A DNA stretch of 62,252 bases, filler included, from Jimgerdemannia flammicorona (taxonomy: Eukaryota): assembly GCA_003990765.1 (NCBI GenBank). It is 3 parts of 3 records of this genome, joined end to end, with 100 filler letters (N's around TTAATTAATTAA, not from the genome) between each part and the next. Parts side by side here need not be neighbours in the genome. Positions count along the whole stretch, not along the records: positions 1 to 20,686 come from RBNJ01001611.1; positions 20,787 to 41,470 come from RBNJ01001612.1; 1 more part is not named here. One strand, 5' to 3'. The notes under the pieces were generated by a model. The model did not search any database, had not been told where the DNA came from, and saw only the letters and a list, made by a program, of their open reading frames with translations. The position numbers were made by a program, and so were the translations under genes. Below are positions 14,101 through 27,001 of the stretch, one piece after another; positions within the stretch are counted from its first letter, which is position 1, and every line of letters begins with the position of its first letter.

Positions 14101-14594
14101 AATTGGAACGACATGCAGATGCTGCTCTTTACGGTAGATCATGAATCTCAAGTTGGCGAAGCAGAAGAGAGATCCGTGGCCGTCTTTTTTTTTTTTTTTT
14201 TGGATTACAACGGAGATGGGTCTCAAGGATGATATAAAATCTATTACTGACGACAGCTTGGATTGTTTTATGATATCGTGAGAATAAACAGTAATAGACA
14301 ATGGACCCATTTTCAAGGGGTTCATCACAAAAGTATCGGGAGGCATCATTCGTTCCGTAATTACCGCACGTTGAAATAGTCGTAGGATGTACTTGAAAAA
14401 AGTCCGTGATTTCCTAATTATGTGAGACTCATCAGTCAGCGTAACTCTTAAGATAATAAAGGCTGAATTCAAGCTCGCAGAGCCCTGCGGGGTGCGCTGG
14501 TGATGGAGTGTTGTTCGGGAGGACGCGCTATTCCTTTATTCAATTTCTTTTGTAATGGTGTCCAATATCGGAAATGGCAAAATAGAGCCAAACT

Positions 14595-14745
14595 CTAATA
14601 ACATGACCCCGCCAACGCGTTAGAAGTGGGGTCAGCAGCAGGGAACACAGCTAGCCAGCTAATAGACATGGTAGAACCCCAGTTCGCGGCAGTCATCGCA
14701 GACACTCTCCGTGCCCGAATCCATGTCGGGTAAAATGTGCTACAG
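14595..14745 (-). pseudogene. Isolated exon resembling an MFS sugar-porter TM11 region
   Basis: FYPTWIRARRVSAMTAANWGSTM resembles the sugar-porter consensus FP..RA.G.S..TA.NW and is preceded by an acceptor-like ctgacctgtag. No other transporter exons recognised. Confidence 0.35.
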
Positions 14746-15049
14746 GTCAGACGAGGGAATTCCAAGAGAGGCTGACAAAGATTGAAAAGGCTGCGAGGGG
14801 TGAGCGTCATAGAGATAAAAGGGGGGCTTGAGAGTTGCCCTGTGAATGGATAAAGAAGTAAGCATCAGATGACATGTGAGTTCAACTATATTCCCTCATC
14901 CCAAATTGAGGCCCCAAAAACACATACCACCCTGCGTGATTGCAACACTCACTAAATACTCTATTGCATTGCCGACGCCGAAGGAATTCCAAGAGATGTT
15001 TGAAAAAAAACACAAAAAAAAAAAAAAGTTAGCATAATGCCAAGTTAGG

Positions 15050-15490
15050 GGAACCATCGCATGCCACCGTCATGACATACTCCCCGCGAGCATAGCATGC
15101 ACGCAAGTCTTATTTCTCAGGCAGCCAAGCACATGAAATCGGTGTCACGACACTGCCCACTTAAAACTAGAAGAACATTGTATGTCATCGTCATAACATA
15201 CTCCATGCGAGCGCCTCAAAGAGAGCGCGTATCTCGTCCCCGACATAACGCATGCCAAAAGTGACATTCCCCGATGGCGCAGGTCAGTCGCACGTCAGAA
15301 GGAACATCGCAATGCCACCGTCATGACATGCACCCCTGCAAGTGCAGGTCTCACAACTGACGTACGCATGAAACTCCCTGCGGCAACGAGTTCAGCGTCT
15401 GCCAGCATAATATAGTATGACACCGTCGTGACATACAAGAGCTAGCGCATGTCTCGTTCTTCACGCACAGTGGCCACTAACCGTGACATG
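15050..15490. repeat. Degenerate ~120-bp tandem repeat (about 4 units)
   Basis: Core catcgcatgccaccgtcatgacat recurs near 15056, 15176, 15305 and 15411. Confidence 0.65.
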
Positions 15491-15645
15491 CACGTTGCTC
15501 CAAGTCAGGGGATCGGGATCCCCGCAAACGCTGGTTGCATTCACGTCAATATCGCTTCACCGAAACACTTTCCAAAGAAAACTAACCTTGAATTGCACTG
15601 TTCGGCTGCTCCTCAAAAACGTCAAAGAGTATGGACGACACCCCT

Positions 15646-15733
15646 GGATGAAAAAGGTACGGAATAGATGGAGGTCCGCTTCACTAGGATGAAAAAGGTA
15701 CGGAATAGAATGGGAGTCCGTTACGCTGGGATG
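15646..15733. repeat. Two-copy 42-bp direct repeat
   Basis: ggatgaaaaaggtacggaataga at 15646 and 15688. Confidence 0.8.
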
Positions 15734-16134
15734 ACTGCAAGCAAATGAGGTCTAGGTAAGGTTATTCCTGAGGCCCAAAGGCCTGAGGCCCTGAGTATAA
15801 GCGGGCGGGATGAACAGCGAACTGAATGCATACCTTGGATAGGTTAAGAAATGGAATAAAGAGAAAAAAAAAAAAAAAAAAAAAAAGGAAACACATAATT
15901 TTGGCACGTGTCGTCACTCAATGATGACGTTGACGTATGGCCGTATATATATTTCAGCGGAGCCGCCATAGCATGCAGGCTGGGGAAGAAAAGGTGTCCC
16001 AGAATGCGGGAAGGCATGCGCAAGGATGTGCTATGATGGTTGTGGCTATTGGAGACGCGAGTTGCATGAAGGCACGACTTGAACAGAAGACATAGTTATG
16101 TCTGGTACAAGGGCAGTTGTCTGTCTGTGGTCCG

Positions 16135-16420
16135 GCATAAAGGGATGCAAAAAACGATAAATGGCAAGAAAGGACGCGAAAACGATAACCGGCGTAAAGG
16201 GATGTAAAATTTGATAACCGGCGCGAAGGGGGGATGACGCGAACATGAGGAAGCAGCGCGAAGAGGAGCGAAAAACGATGACCGGTGTGAAAGACAGATA
16301 GAATGAGGGAGCACGAAAACGATGTGAATGTGGAGCAAACGATAACTAGTGTGAAGTAAGATGGAATGAGGGGACGCGAAAACGACATGAAGGTGGAGGG
16401 ACGGCACGAAAAACGCTAAC
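16135..16420. repeat. Degenerate ~28-30-bp purine-rich minisatellite
   Basis: Recurring gcgaaaacgat(a/g)accgg(c/t)g..aa motif, about 8-9 units. Confidence 0.6.
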
Positions 16421-17016
16421 TGGGGGATCTACTAAAGAAAAAGGAAGGGAGAGGGATGTAGCCAGCCAGCGACAGAACAGCGAACGACATGAGAAGGGAG
16501 GAAACTCGTTCGGACAGGTGGGGCTCATAGAGCTAACAAAGCTCCACCCCTCGTCGTGCTGTTTGTATTGTCTGGTGCCTTTGCTCTGAGTTGTCGCATA
16601 TCGGTATTCAAGCTTGCGAGTTCCGTTGTACTTGTCCCCCCCTGATCCGTTGAGGGACGTTTTCCACCACCCCGGATGCTCATTCAAACAACTCGGGAGT
16701 AGCTCGATCGAGGCTGCCAGGTGGAGTCCATCTTTCGTTGAGACATTCGCTGTCTGAGTTAGTAGTGGTCGTGTTTACCTTTTGTACGGAAGCTTGAATC
16801 AAAAGAGGAAAAGGAGGTTGGATAGGCGGAAAAGCAGAAGAGCTTTTTTTTTTGCGGGTACTTGGTGGCTGTCCTTTTCGCTTTTCGTCCTTGGTGGCTT
16901 TTGGAGGTTTATTGGTGACATCATATGGACGTGTTTTTTTTTTTTTTTTTTTTTTTTTTTTTGTGGTGCTTTGCGATATTAGTCACTTAGGCCTAACATC
17001 AAGTAATCCCCCCGTC

Positions 17017-18505
17017 ATGCAAAAGCCTTCCCCTTCCTTCGGCTTTCTCTCCCTTTTGAACTTCTCTCCCTTTTGAACTTCTCAGGGAAATCGTCTCTTT
17101 CCTGTCTCCAAACGACGTTTGTGCTGTCTATCTCGCATGTAAGATGCTCTCGGAGGCTGCATACACAAAGTTTTGGGCAGGCACCTGGTCAATTCCTGAT
17201 GCACGTCGATAGGAACAGCAATTCCCGAGACCATTTGATTCAGATTCCAGGTGTTAATATTCCTAAACGAGATGATATCGGCGCGTATCCAAATCCCTAC
17301 CTACGCCACGTTTTCAAGAATGCCACAAATATAAGGCATATTCACGTCTATCATCTACATACTGGGACTGCAGGCTTCCGAGGAGCGGCCTTGGACTATA
17401 AGTACCAATTCGCAGACCTAACCTCCTCGGAAACTTCACCTAAAACCCAAACCTGAATTGTTGAACCCCCTGATTTGGTCATCGTAAAGGCACATACGAT
17501 TCTACAGGATCTACATATAAGGTATGCATTCTTTCAGCCTCCTATCGATGGCCTCACAGATGCGCTCAAAAGCTGTCAGAATCTCGCCACAATACGTTTA
17601 CAATATTGTACGGGTTTGAATAGCAATGTGTTGTATGTCACCTTGATAGCTATAAGAATGTGAAGCAGATCGAAATTAGTCCACTGGCGCTTCGTAGTAG
17701 CATCGAACAATCCGAGCTAAAAGATGCTTTTCTCACTACCGAAATACGTCCATCTTACATCGTCCTTGGTGGATGAGGAATCGATTTTCCACGTCGACTA
17801 GCTGGCTGCCCGGCTTTCAAATTCTTAAGTCACTTCAAACTCAGCAACATCGTAATTACCACTGACACGGTTATGTGGATCGGCAAATGCCTTTCCTTGC
17901 GAAGATCATTTTCCACATTTGAATCATCCTTGGACTACGGCAACATATTCGGCAGCGCTCATCAAATGAGTGCCTTTCACGTGAAATTTGACTGGTGTCG
18001 ATTCACGAGAAGCTCAATGCAAGCAATCCTTCGACTATGCGAAGATTCCTTCTGTATCACATCATTTAAGAATACAGATATCGACGAGCTTCGAGTTGGG
18101 AACGTTGTCCTGATCAATGGTCCGATTATCCAACCTCGCTTCACAATTCATATATCTTCGGTTCGATATTTTATGCATCTCATTTTCGAATGCAACATTG
18201 ACTGGGACGATGCCGTCATGGAATCTGATGCCATTGAACGGTATTTAATGAATCCACGGAATTTCCAGAGCTCAGCAAGTGAGCAAGAAGAGCGCTTCCT
18301 CGAAGATGAAGACTGTAGCAGTGAGGCATCCAGCACCAATGAAAATGAAAAATCGGTGGAGATTACAACACGTCGCGGCAAAAAAAAGAAGGTAGAGATC
18401 GACAGAACAGCTGATACTGATCATGCTTACCACTCCCGAAGCTTGACATCCGAGTTGGAACCCGAGGTCATAGTCGGGAAGTGCACGAACTCGAGTTCTA
18501 CTTGA
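17017..18505 (+). pseudogene. F-box / LRR-like gene, disrupted
   Basis: LPFELLREIVSFLSPNDVCAVYLACKMLSEAAYTKFW is an F-box signature, out of frame with ATG 17017 around a 17-bp tandem duplication (17045-17078). Downstream LRR-like pieces (LQDLHIRY..LKSCQNLATIRLQYCTGL) are split over frames with stops. Confidence 0.65.
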
Positions 18506-20655
18506 GTGAGCTCCTGGGGCGTGGTCGCGGGAAGAGCATCCTTAAAGTACTTGGTCGAGTTTGTTAGGATGTGTGGCTAGGGAAGCAGTAGCGATGGGGC
18601 TTGGACATATGTTGGCATCGGAGAACAGTGGATTGCAATATCATCTCAAGTGTAAGACTTGAAATGGAAGAAGCAAAGAGGGGACAAAGTTACATACCTA
18701 AACCATGCAAATGACGCAAACACTCTACAGGCGCAATGATGTAGACCAAGCTATACGAATGAGCGAAATATCGCCAAGTTGAGCGCGGTGCATACAATCA
18801 TAAACTCCGGATGCGACCTTGTTCTTATTTTTCCAATCGCAACATCACCTATATGGCGTCGGTTCAGGCTCAGGCTTTTCAACCAAGAATCCAATATGTT
18901 TTTTTTTTTTCAAGCAAGTTCCACCACACCAGGCCCTAAGGAGGCAGACGAGATAGTTATTGCCCCACCTAAGTAGGGCCCACAAAGGTAGGTCAAAAAA
19001 GATGGGCGATCCCTCACGACCTGATAACAAACAATGCGCTCGGAGGATCTTCCTCCGGGCTTGGCTTGATGGATCTTGGCTTTTTGGTTTTGCCAATTAG
19101 TTAACTATAATACTATAGTTAGCTGACTCAATCCATTCGTCCAGCTGTTTGTATCCAAACAAGTATCCTTAGAGTCATGTGCTTCATCACACGCTACCCA
19201 TAACAAATCCCAAAAACCCTAATGCTCAACGCTTTGCTCTGTTATTATACAATTCGTCCGCGTTTATTTCGTTTTTGGTTTATTAAAACGCCTATCCCGC
19301 ACGCGCGAAAATCCACCACATTCAACCACGGCCACAAGCAAAAAGACGAATAAGAAACACTATATGCAATATGCAACGCTCGACCACTTCACTTCTTGAG
19401 GGTGGCAATGATGGCAGAGAGTGCGTACTTGTCAACCACGTCGGGCTTATGGAGCATTGTGAACCCCTCTGCAGGGGAGAAGGAGGTAAGCAGAGCATCT
19501 AGCCCACCACGCACGATCGTCAGAATCGCTACCTTCGCGAACCAAAACCCAAAAGCAAAATGACTTCAAAATATACCGCTAGCGTCCTCCCAGCATACAG
19601 CAAGATACTCTTTGGTCAGGCAAGAACTTCGTCACATCCAACACCCTCCCATTGACCACAATCCAGCAATAACCCGCAGTCTTATGCTTAGCGACATCCT
19701 CGAGTGAATACTCGCCGGCCTGTTCTTAGGCTCAGCAGTCGCGGCAGAGGATGCGCGAGTCTAGCCTGACTGGCAGAGATAATGTGTGCACTACCCTGAC
19801 CATCGAACGAGGCCTTGACGGTAACCCTTGACATTGTCGCCGGAGATGAGGGAGGCAGGCGCTACTGCGCGACTTGCGTGCTGTTCACCAGGCTCGAGAA
19901 CAGAATTGCCGTCAATGTGCCCGAAAAAAATGCAACCTAGGGGAGAGGAGCCACCAAAACGATTGGCGCCGTGCACGCTGCCGCACATCTCGCCCCCAGC
20001 GAAGAGGCCGCGGATATGCTTGCCGGAGGCTGAGTTGATCTCGGGACTCGGGTATCTGTCTTTAAATCTATATATTTAAATAAAAGTTATTCTTAATATA
20101 CTATCAGTTATTATTAAATTAGCTACTTTATATTTTATATAAATATTTCAGTAATATGTCTGAATAAAAATAGCAGTTTATAACTTTGTGTATATAAAAA
20201 GTAAAAATCACCTGCTATTAGATTTAGGGTTTTAATTAATATCAACCTCAAGCCACATAATTAAAATTAAATGTCTGCAACCTTATCTTGCATCAGAAAT
20301 CCACGAACCTTAACTTGGACCAAGATGAGTACGAATCAAATAGATCGTTGTCTTATTTGCCTACAAGTGATCTTCCATATCCACAACGTTCTCAATGACA
20401 GAAGCATTCCTTTCGGAATCCCCGAGTCTGCCTCCCTTTCCTCGCCTCCTTTTTTTTTTTCACTCAAACTCTCCAAATCCCCCTTTTTATACCTTCAGTT
20501 TCTGTATCCTTTTCCGAGTGCTGATTGCCCTCCTTTCTTTTCTTCTTTCACTCTATATCCCTCGAGCAATGAACAGACCATGCCGTTTATCTATTCTTCC
20601 TGATTGCTGGATTCGGAAAATATGAATTGATCTGCTCGCTGTTCACACCATGTGT

Positions 20656-20686
<31 letters not shown>

Positions 20687-20786
20687 NNNNNNNNNNNNNN
20701 NNNNNNNNNNNNNNNNNNNNNNNNNNNNNNTTAATTAATTAANNNNNNNNNNNNNNNNNNNNNNNNNNNNNNNNNNNNNNNNNNNN
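20687..20786. other. Artificial contig linker (N44-TTAATTAATTAA-N44)
   Basis: Exactly 100 bp with a six-frame-stop 12-mer; identical to 41471-41570. Confidence 0.97.
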
Positions 20787-20921
20787 ATTCGAATCCGATT
20801 CGAATCCGATTCGAATCCGATTCGAATCCATCCGGATGGGATTCGAATCCGATTCGAATCTGATTCGAATCCAATTCGAATCCATCCGAATCCCATCCGG
20901 ATTGACTCGTTCGGAGCACTA
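20787..20921. mobile_element. hAT-like transposon end with (ATTCGAATCCG)n subterminal repeats
   Basis: 11-bp palindrome-containing tandem repeat ending in GACTCGTTCGGAGCACTA (reverse strand TAGTGCTC..., hAT-type terminus); matches 44840-44857 at 14/18. LINE ORF1 sequence starts abruptly after it. Confidence 0.6.
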
Positions 20922-22474
20922 AGGAGAAGTAAAGGGAAAGGGAAGCAGAGAGTTCAGCATCTAGGCTGGTAGGTAGAAGGGCTGGTATAGTAGTAGCTGG
21001 GGGTAGAGGGGGGACTGCTGATGGTGGTATGACTGAGAATCTGGAAAAAAATCCAGATGTGACTACTGATGGGAGAGCTGGGCTGATGGGACCAAAAAGG
21101 AAGGGAGATCTGGCTGAAGTGTGATAGGGCTGGTGGTGGCACCATTACTCAAGAAGTCAATCTTGGAGTTTGAGGCAACCTTGTGCTTCTGGGGCTTAGC
21201 AGTGACAGCAAGGATGGTCCTGGGGATTATCTCAAAGTAAGTGGCAGAAGCTATCTCAGTGAAGTTCCTGAAGGGACTGGAGGGAGTCAAAGTGGGTTTT
21301 GAGAAGACAGGCCCACTAGAAGAAGTATTGAAGACTGGAGTAGCTGTAGGTAAGATTGTGGTCCCCATGGTGTGCTGTCTGAGGTAGGACCCCAGAGTGG
21401 TTCAGTTACTAGTGAAGGGGGTATCTACTATGATGATGGTTGAGATGAGGAGAAGGATTGAGGAGGTAATGGCAGAATATAGTGAAGTGGTGGATATTGG
21501 ATTCCAGATATAGGAGGGCACTACTTTCAGGGCTAAAGATATGAATATTAGGATTTGGCTGACTGGGAGAGAGGCCACTGGAAAGGCAAGTGACTGGCCT
21601 TTAGTAATATTGTGAGGGGTCTTCATCTGTAAGGTGTCAAGGATAAAAGAGAAGGAGAAGGAGGAGAATCTGTTGGAGGTACTGGAGGAGATGAGTAGAG
21701 CAGTGGAGCAGAGGGCAAAGGCATGGAAGACATATGTAAAGTCAATGTATTTAGAGATTATAGATGAAAAACATATTCACACTGACAAGAGGCAGTGAGA
21801 GAGGGCTCAAGGATACAAGAGATAGAGAGAGTTGTTGGCAAGTATGGAAAGAGGGGCAAAGAAGAATGCTGATAGTGCTGAGGAGTCTGGGGGTACTGAA
21901 GTAAGTGTCTGGGCTAATAAGGGAGGGGAAGTAGAGGGGGGCCTAGATGGGGCTGAGAAGATGCTGCACAATGACCATTATGTGGATGGTACATTCAAGG
22001 TCTGGGAATAGGTCTTGGAGGACACTCTCTCCCTTATCAGGAGGGGTCCTGTAGTGAAGAGCAGGGCAGTAGAGGATGTGCTAATATGTAGTGCCCATAG
22101 AGTATACTTTGGAGTTCCCAATATAGTGAAAGGAGAATAGGTAGTGACAGTTAGCAAAGATGAGCTGATGGATATCCCAGAGAAGGAGTGGAATAAGACT
22201 GTGAGTGCAGAGGCAGACACCATAATTCTGGATGCTGAAAGGCCAGTAATACCAGGAGGGAAGGAGGTGGGGAACTTACTGTGGATATGCTGGATAATGA
22301 ACAACTTTGTAGCTGAGGAGTTGGGAGAAGGGGACCTGAGAGTGATGAACAAGGCGTATTGGGTACAGATCTTACATATTGATGGAGTAGTAGTGATACT
22401 GAAGATAGAGATACTTGCAATTCTTCTGGAGGAGGAGGGGTATAAGGTTGATAAGGAAAGGGAGGCTGAGCTGG
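20922..22474 (+). mobile_element. LINE copy A, left part (decayed ORF1)
   Basis: Homologous to ORF1 of the other copies (NLEKNPDV, PLLKKS, DPRVVQL) with many stops and almost no CpG; interrupted by copy B. Confidence 0.85.
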
Positions 22475-25053
22475 CCATCTTTCTCTACTACTACTCACAT
22501 AATACAAACTTTGAGATATACCTTTTGACCAGTTTATTGGAGAAAGATTCTAAGGCTATGACAACCAGTAAGTAAGCAGATGTATATACTAGGTTGGGTG
22601 AACCTGGGGCCTTCAACTGGCAACATGTCAGATGAGGGTATGGACTTAGGATGATGTCTTTCAGTGGCCCAAGTGGGCAGGGCAGCTCAGGCAGTAGAAG
22701 TGGTACTGGTGGAGGAGCCAGAGGGTGGAAGGAGAGGAGCTTTGCAGACATGCTATATGCTGGAGATTGGCCAGTGAGAACTTGGGATGGGCAGGCAGGA
22801 GGGAAGAGGAAGCAGAAGATTGGGGAAGCTGGAGGTGCTGGACCTCAGCCAGTGGGAGATAGGGCTAGTAGAGTAGCTGCTGGGAGTAGTAGTGGAACTG
22901 CTGATGGTAGCATGACTGGGAATTTGGAAAAAAATCCAGATGTGACTGTTGATTACTGGACTGGGCAGATGGGCCCAAAGCAGAAGAAGAACCTGGCTGA
23001 TTGTATAATGGGGCTGGCAGTGGCACTATTACTCAAGAAGTTGATCTTGGAGTTTGCTGCAACCTTGTGTTTCAGGGGCTTAGTGATGATAGTGAGGATG
23101 GTTCTGGGGCTTATATTAGAGCAGATGGCTAGAGTGGCTTCTGTGAAGTTTCTGAAGGAGTTGGAGGGAATGAAGGTGGGTTTCAAGGAGGCAGGCCCAT
23201 TGGAGGAGGCCTTGAAGTCTGGAGTGGCAGTAGGGGAAGTGGTGGTCTCTATGGTGCAGTGCTTGAGGTGGGACCCCAGAGTAGTGCAGCTACTGTCATA
23301 GGGGGTACCTATGGTGACAAAGGATGTGACTAGGAGGAGGGTAGAGGAGGTGATGGCAGAGTATAGCAATGTGGTCTATATCAGTTTCCAGATGTGGGAG
23401 GGGACCACCTTTAGGATAGGTGACATAGATGTCAGAGTTAGACTGGCTGGGAGAGAGGCTATAGGGAAGACAAGTGACTAGTCTTTGGTGATGATGTGGG
23501 GGGCATTTGTCTGTAGGGTATTGAGGGTGAGAGGGAGTGAAGAGGAGGAGGAGGACTTGTTGAAGGCTCTGGAGGAGTTGAGTGGTGCTGTTGAGTGGAG
23601 AGCAAAGGCCTGGAAGTTGTATGTGGAGTCAATGCATCTGGAGATTATAAATAGGAAGTGTATTGGCACTGACAAGAGATAGTGGGAGAGGGCTCAAGGG
23701 TGCAGAAGGTGGAGGGAGCTGCTGGTAAGCATAGATGGAGGGACAAAGATGAAGGCTGGGGGCACTGAGAAGTCTGAGGATATGGAGGCAAGTGTCTGGG
23801 CTAGTAAGGGAGGACGAGATATAGAGGAGGGCCTGGAAGGGGCTGGGAAGGCACTACACAAGGACCTATTTGTAGATGGTACATTTGAAGTCTGGGAACT
23901 GGTCTTGAATGATACTCCCCCTCTGGTCATGTGGGGTTCAGCTGCAAGGGGTCAGGCAGCAGAGGATGAGCTGATGCAGGGTGCTCAGTAGGTACACTTT
24001 GGGGTTTCTGATGTGAGAAAAGGAGGATAGGTGGTGGCAGTTGGTGAGGATGAGTTGGTGGATGTCCCAGAGGAGGAGTGGGATGAGACTACTAGTGTAG
24101 GGGCCGATACCACAATGCTGGATATAGGAAGGCTAGGGATACCTAAAGTGAAAGAGGTGGGGAATCTTCTGTGGATGAGCTAACTTCGCAGCTGAGGAGT
24201 TGGGAGAAGTAGACCAATGAGTAATGAGTGAGAAGTATTGGGTGCAGATTCTGCATAGAGATGAGGTGGTAGAGGCACTGAAGGCAGAGTACTTCCAATT
24301 TTCCTAGAGAAGGAGAGATATATATGAGATTGATAAGGAGAGAGAGGCTGAGCTGGCAGTCATTACTGGTAAGTGGGCTGACTACTGTTGGGCAGAGCAT
24401 CATGGTTTGCAACTCTGGTAAGAGGTATGCCTGGAGTATCATGAGGACTTTGAGAAAAAGGAGAATGGGAAGATGGCTGAACTTCTGATTGGACTGGAGG
24501 CAAAGGCAGCTGAAGAGAAGGAACTGGCAGCTGAACATGACTTAGACTTAGCATAGGAGGAGTTGAATGCAGATTTGTAGAGAATAATATTGATAATTAA
24601 CATTATTCCTTATAAATAGTACAACTAACATTTTCTCTCTGAATGTGAATGGGTTAAGGGGATCAGGGTGATATAAGAAAATTTATACTTGGCTTAAGGA
24701 ATTGGAGGCTGATCTCTTTTTAATGTAGGATATATGATGTGAGAATGAGGAGGATCAGGTGGAGTGGACTTGAGAATAGGGAGGAGCTACTACTTAAATT
24801 GGTAAGGTGGCGATTCTGGTGAGGGGGGGTAGAGATGATTAGGGTGGAATTAGGAGCTGGGGTGACTGTTTGATCTGGGGAGAATGGTATCAACCTGAGT
24901 GAGAACCAGTGAGGGTTGGCTCCTACTACTGCTCTGTGGCTAGGGATGAGTAGATTCAGAACCAAAACAAACATCTTTCACCGGTAACATTCAGGTGACA
25001 CAAGACTTCAACAACACTTTTCACAATGTTTTTGGTGTTCAGCGACTATCAAC

Positions 25054-26970
25054 ATAGATGGCGATGATCGAAACAGTGAGCATACTGGCCAGGGGAGTGT
25101 GGGTGCCTTTGGCTGGCAGCAGGTGGGGAGGAGGGGAGATGGTTTGGGGATGCCAGGGGCCTCGATGGCTAGCCGAGGTCCTGGTGGTGGAGGGAGAGGC
25201 GGGCTGAGGCAGCATTGGGGGGAGAGGTCGACTTTTGCTGACAAAGTCAGAATGGGGAAGAGGGCCTCAGGCTTGGATGGTTGGCTGGGTTTGGGGAAGG
25301 CATTGACGGCAGCTGCTGGGAGCCTGGGAGGTGTACCCAGAGGTGTCTCTGGTGGCAGGGGAGGGGCGGGAGTAGGGGCTGGAGATGTGACTGCTGATGA
25401 GGTTGTGACTGGGGATCTGGCAAAAAATCCAGATATGACGGCAGTTGGAGGTTCGGGTTGAGGAGTAGGCATGAGGCCTGGGGACCTGGCAAATGGTGTG
25501 ATGGGCATGGTATCAGCCCCATTACTCAAGAAGTCAAGGTCGGAATTTGCGGTCATGATGTGCTTCCGGGGCTTGGCAGTGATGACGAGGATGATCTTGG
25601 GGCTTGTGGCGCAGGAGGCTAAGGGGGCTGCGTCGGTGAAGTTTTTGAGGGGAAAAGAAAGGGTGGAGGTCGGATTTGAGGAGGAGGATGCCTTGTTGGC
25701 AGCCATAGAGAAGGGGGTGACAGTTGGCGGGGTTGTGGTCCCTATGGCCCAGTACATGCACTGGGACCCCCGAGTGGTGCAGCTGACGGTCCTGGATCTC
25801 CCCACTGTGTCGAAGGAGAGGACCAGGGAGCTGATTGTGGATGCGATCAAGGAGTATGGAGAGATTGTGGATGTCGGATTCAAGGTCTGGGAAGGCACTG
25901 AGCTTCAGATGGGTGACGTCGATGTCAGGGTGAGGCTGGCTGGGAAGGAGAATACAGGGAAGTCGAGGGACTGGCCAGCGGCACTGAGGTGGGGACCAGT
26001 GGAGTGTAAGGTCACCAGGGTGAAGGGGACTCCGGAGGAGGAGGAGGACCTATTGGAGGCTCTGGAGGACCTGGAAGGGGCAGTGGTGAGGAGGAGATTG
26101 GCCTGGAATGAGTATGAGGCCAGGACGGTAGTGGGGGAGGTGGATGGGAAAAGGGTCAGGATAGAGAAGGGGGCCTGGGAAAAGATGCAGGGGAGGAGGA
26201 TCCAGAAGGAGCTGTTGGCGAAGTTCAGTGGGGATGGGGCTGGAGGAAGCTCAGGGAAGAGAGTTGCAGGGTCACGGGAGAGTGCCTGGGCTGAGGGGGG
26301 AGGGATGGCCCAGGGTGGCGATCGGATTGGAGGTAGAGAGGGGAGGGAGGGCAATTTGGAAGTGGATGCCATAATGGGTGAGGGTGTGTACCCTCAGTAT
26401 AGTGTTCTGGATGGGGCAGAGGGAGAGGAGGAGCTGATGGATGTGCCGGATGAGGAGTGGGATGAGTCGGTGTGGAGGAGTGCACTGGTGGACCCTGAGG
26501 TAGATGGTGGACAAATTGCTCAGGGGGTGGCAGAGGTAGTGGATGAGGAGAAGTGGTTGTGGAAGACCTTAGAAGGGGTAGCAGCTGAGGAGCTGGGGGG
26601 AGAGAACTTCAGGGTATTGGAGGAGAAGCATTAGGAGGAGATCCTGCGGGGAGAGGAGGTGCCAAGGAAGATGAGGAATGAGATCCTGGCAGTCCTCCTG
26701 GAGTCAGTTGAGTATCAAGTTGATGATCAGCGGGAGGAGGAACTTAGGAGGATTGCGAGTGACAGAGCACTTTTCTTGTGGAATTCGAGGAAGGGGCTAG
26801 AGAAGTGGCATGCTGTCTGCTTAGACTACAGGGCTGATATGGAGGAGGTGGACAGGGTGGAGTGTCAGGAAATCTTGAGAGCACTGGATGCTCAGGATAA
26901 TGCTGAGGGGGAATTGGATGCTGAGCAGCGCTTGGATCTGGCAAGGGATGAGATGAGCATGGAATTATAG
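25054..26970 (+). pseudogene. LINE ORF1 (Gly-rich N-terminus, RRM-like core), copy C
   Basis: One frame of 639 codons; start mutated to ATA (aligns with ATG 38472); stops at 25459 and 26632. Confidence 0.85.
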
Positions 26971-27001
26971 ATTGGGGTCTCTATTACAACATTTCTTCAA
27001 T

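Noticed and set aside
19097..19128. Small AT-rich hairpin (agttaactata..tatagttagct)
   Set aside because: Single imperfect low-complexity palindrome with no supporting context.
25008..26514. Pro/Ser-rich minus-strand ORFs in the LINEs (also 38879-40413)
   Set aside because: By-product of the C-rich antisense strand of G-skewed ORF1.
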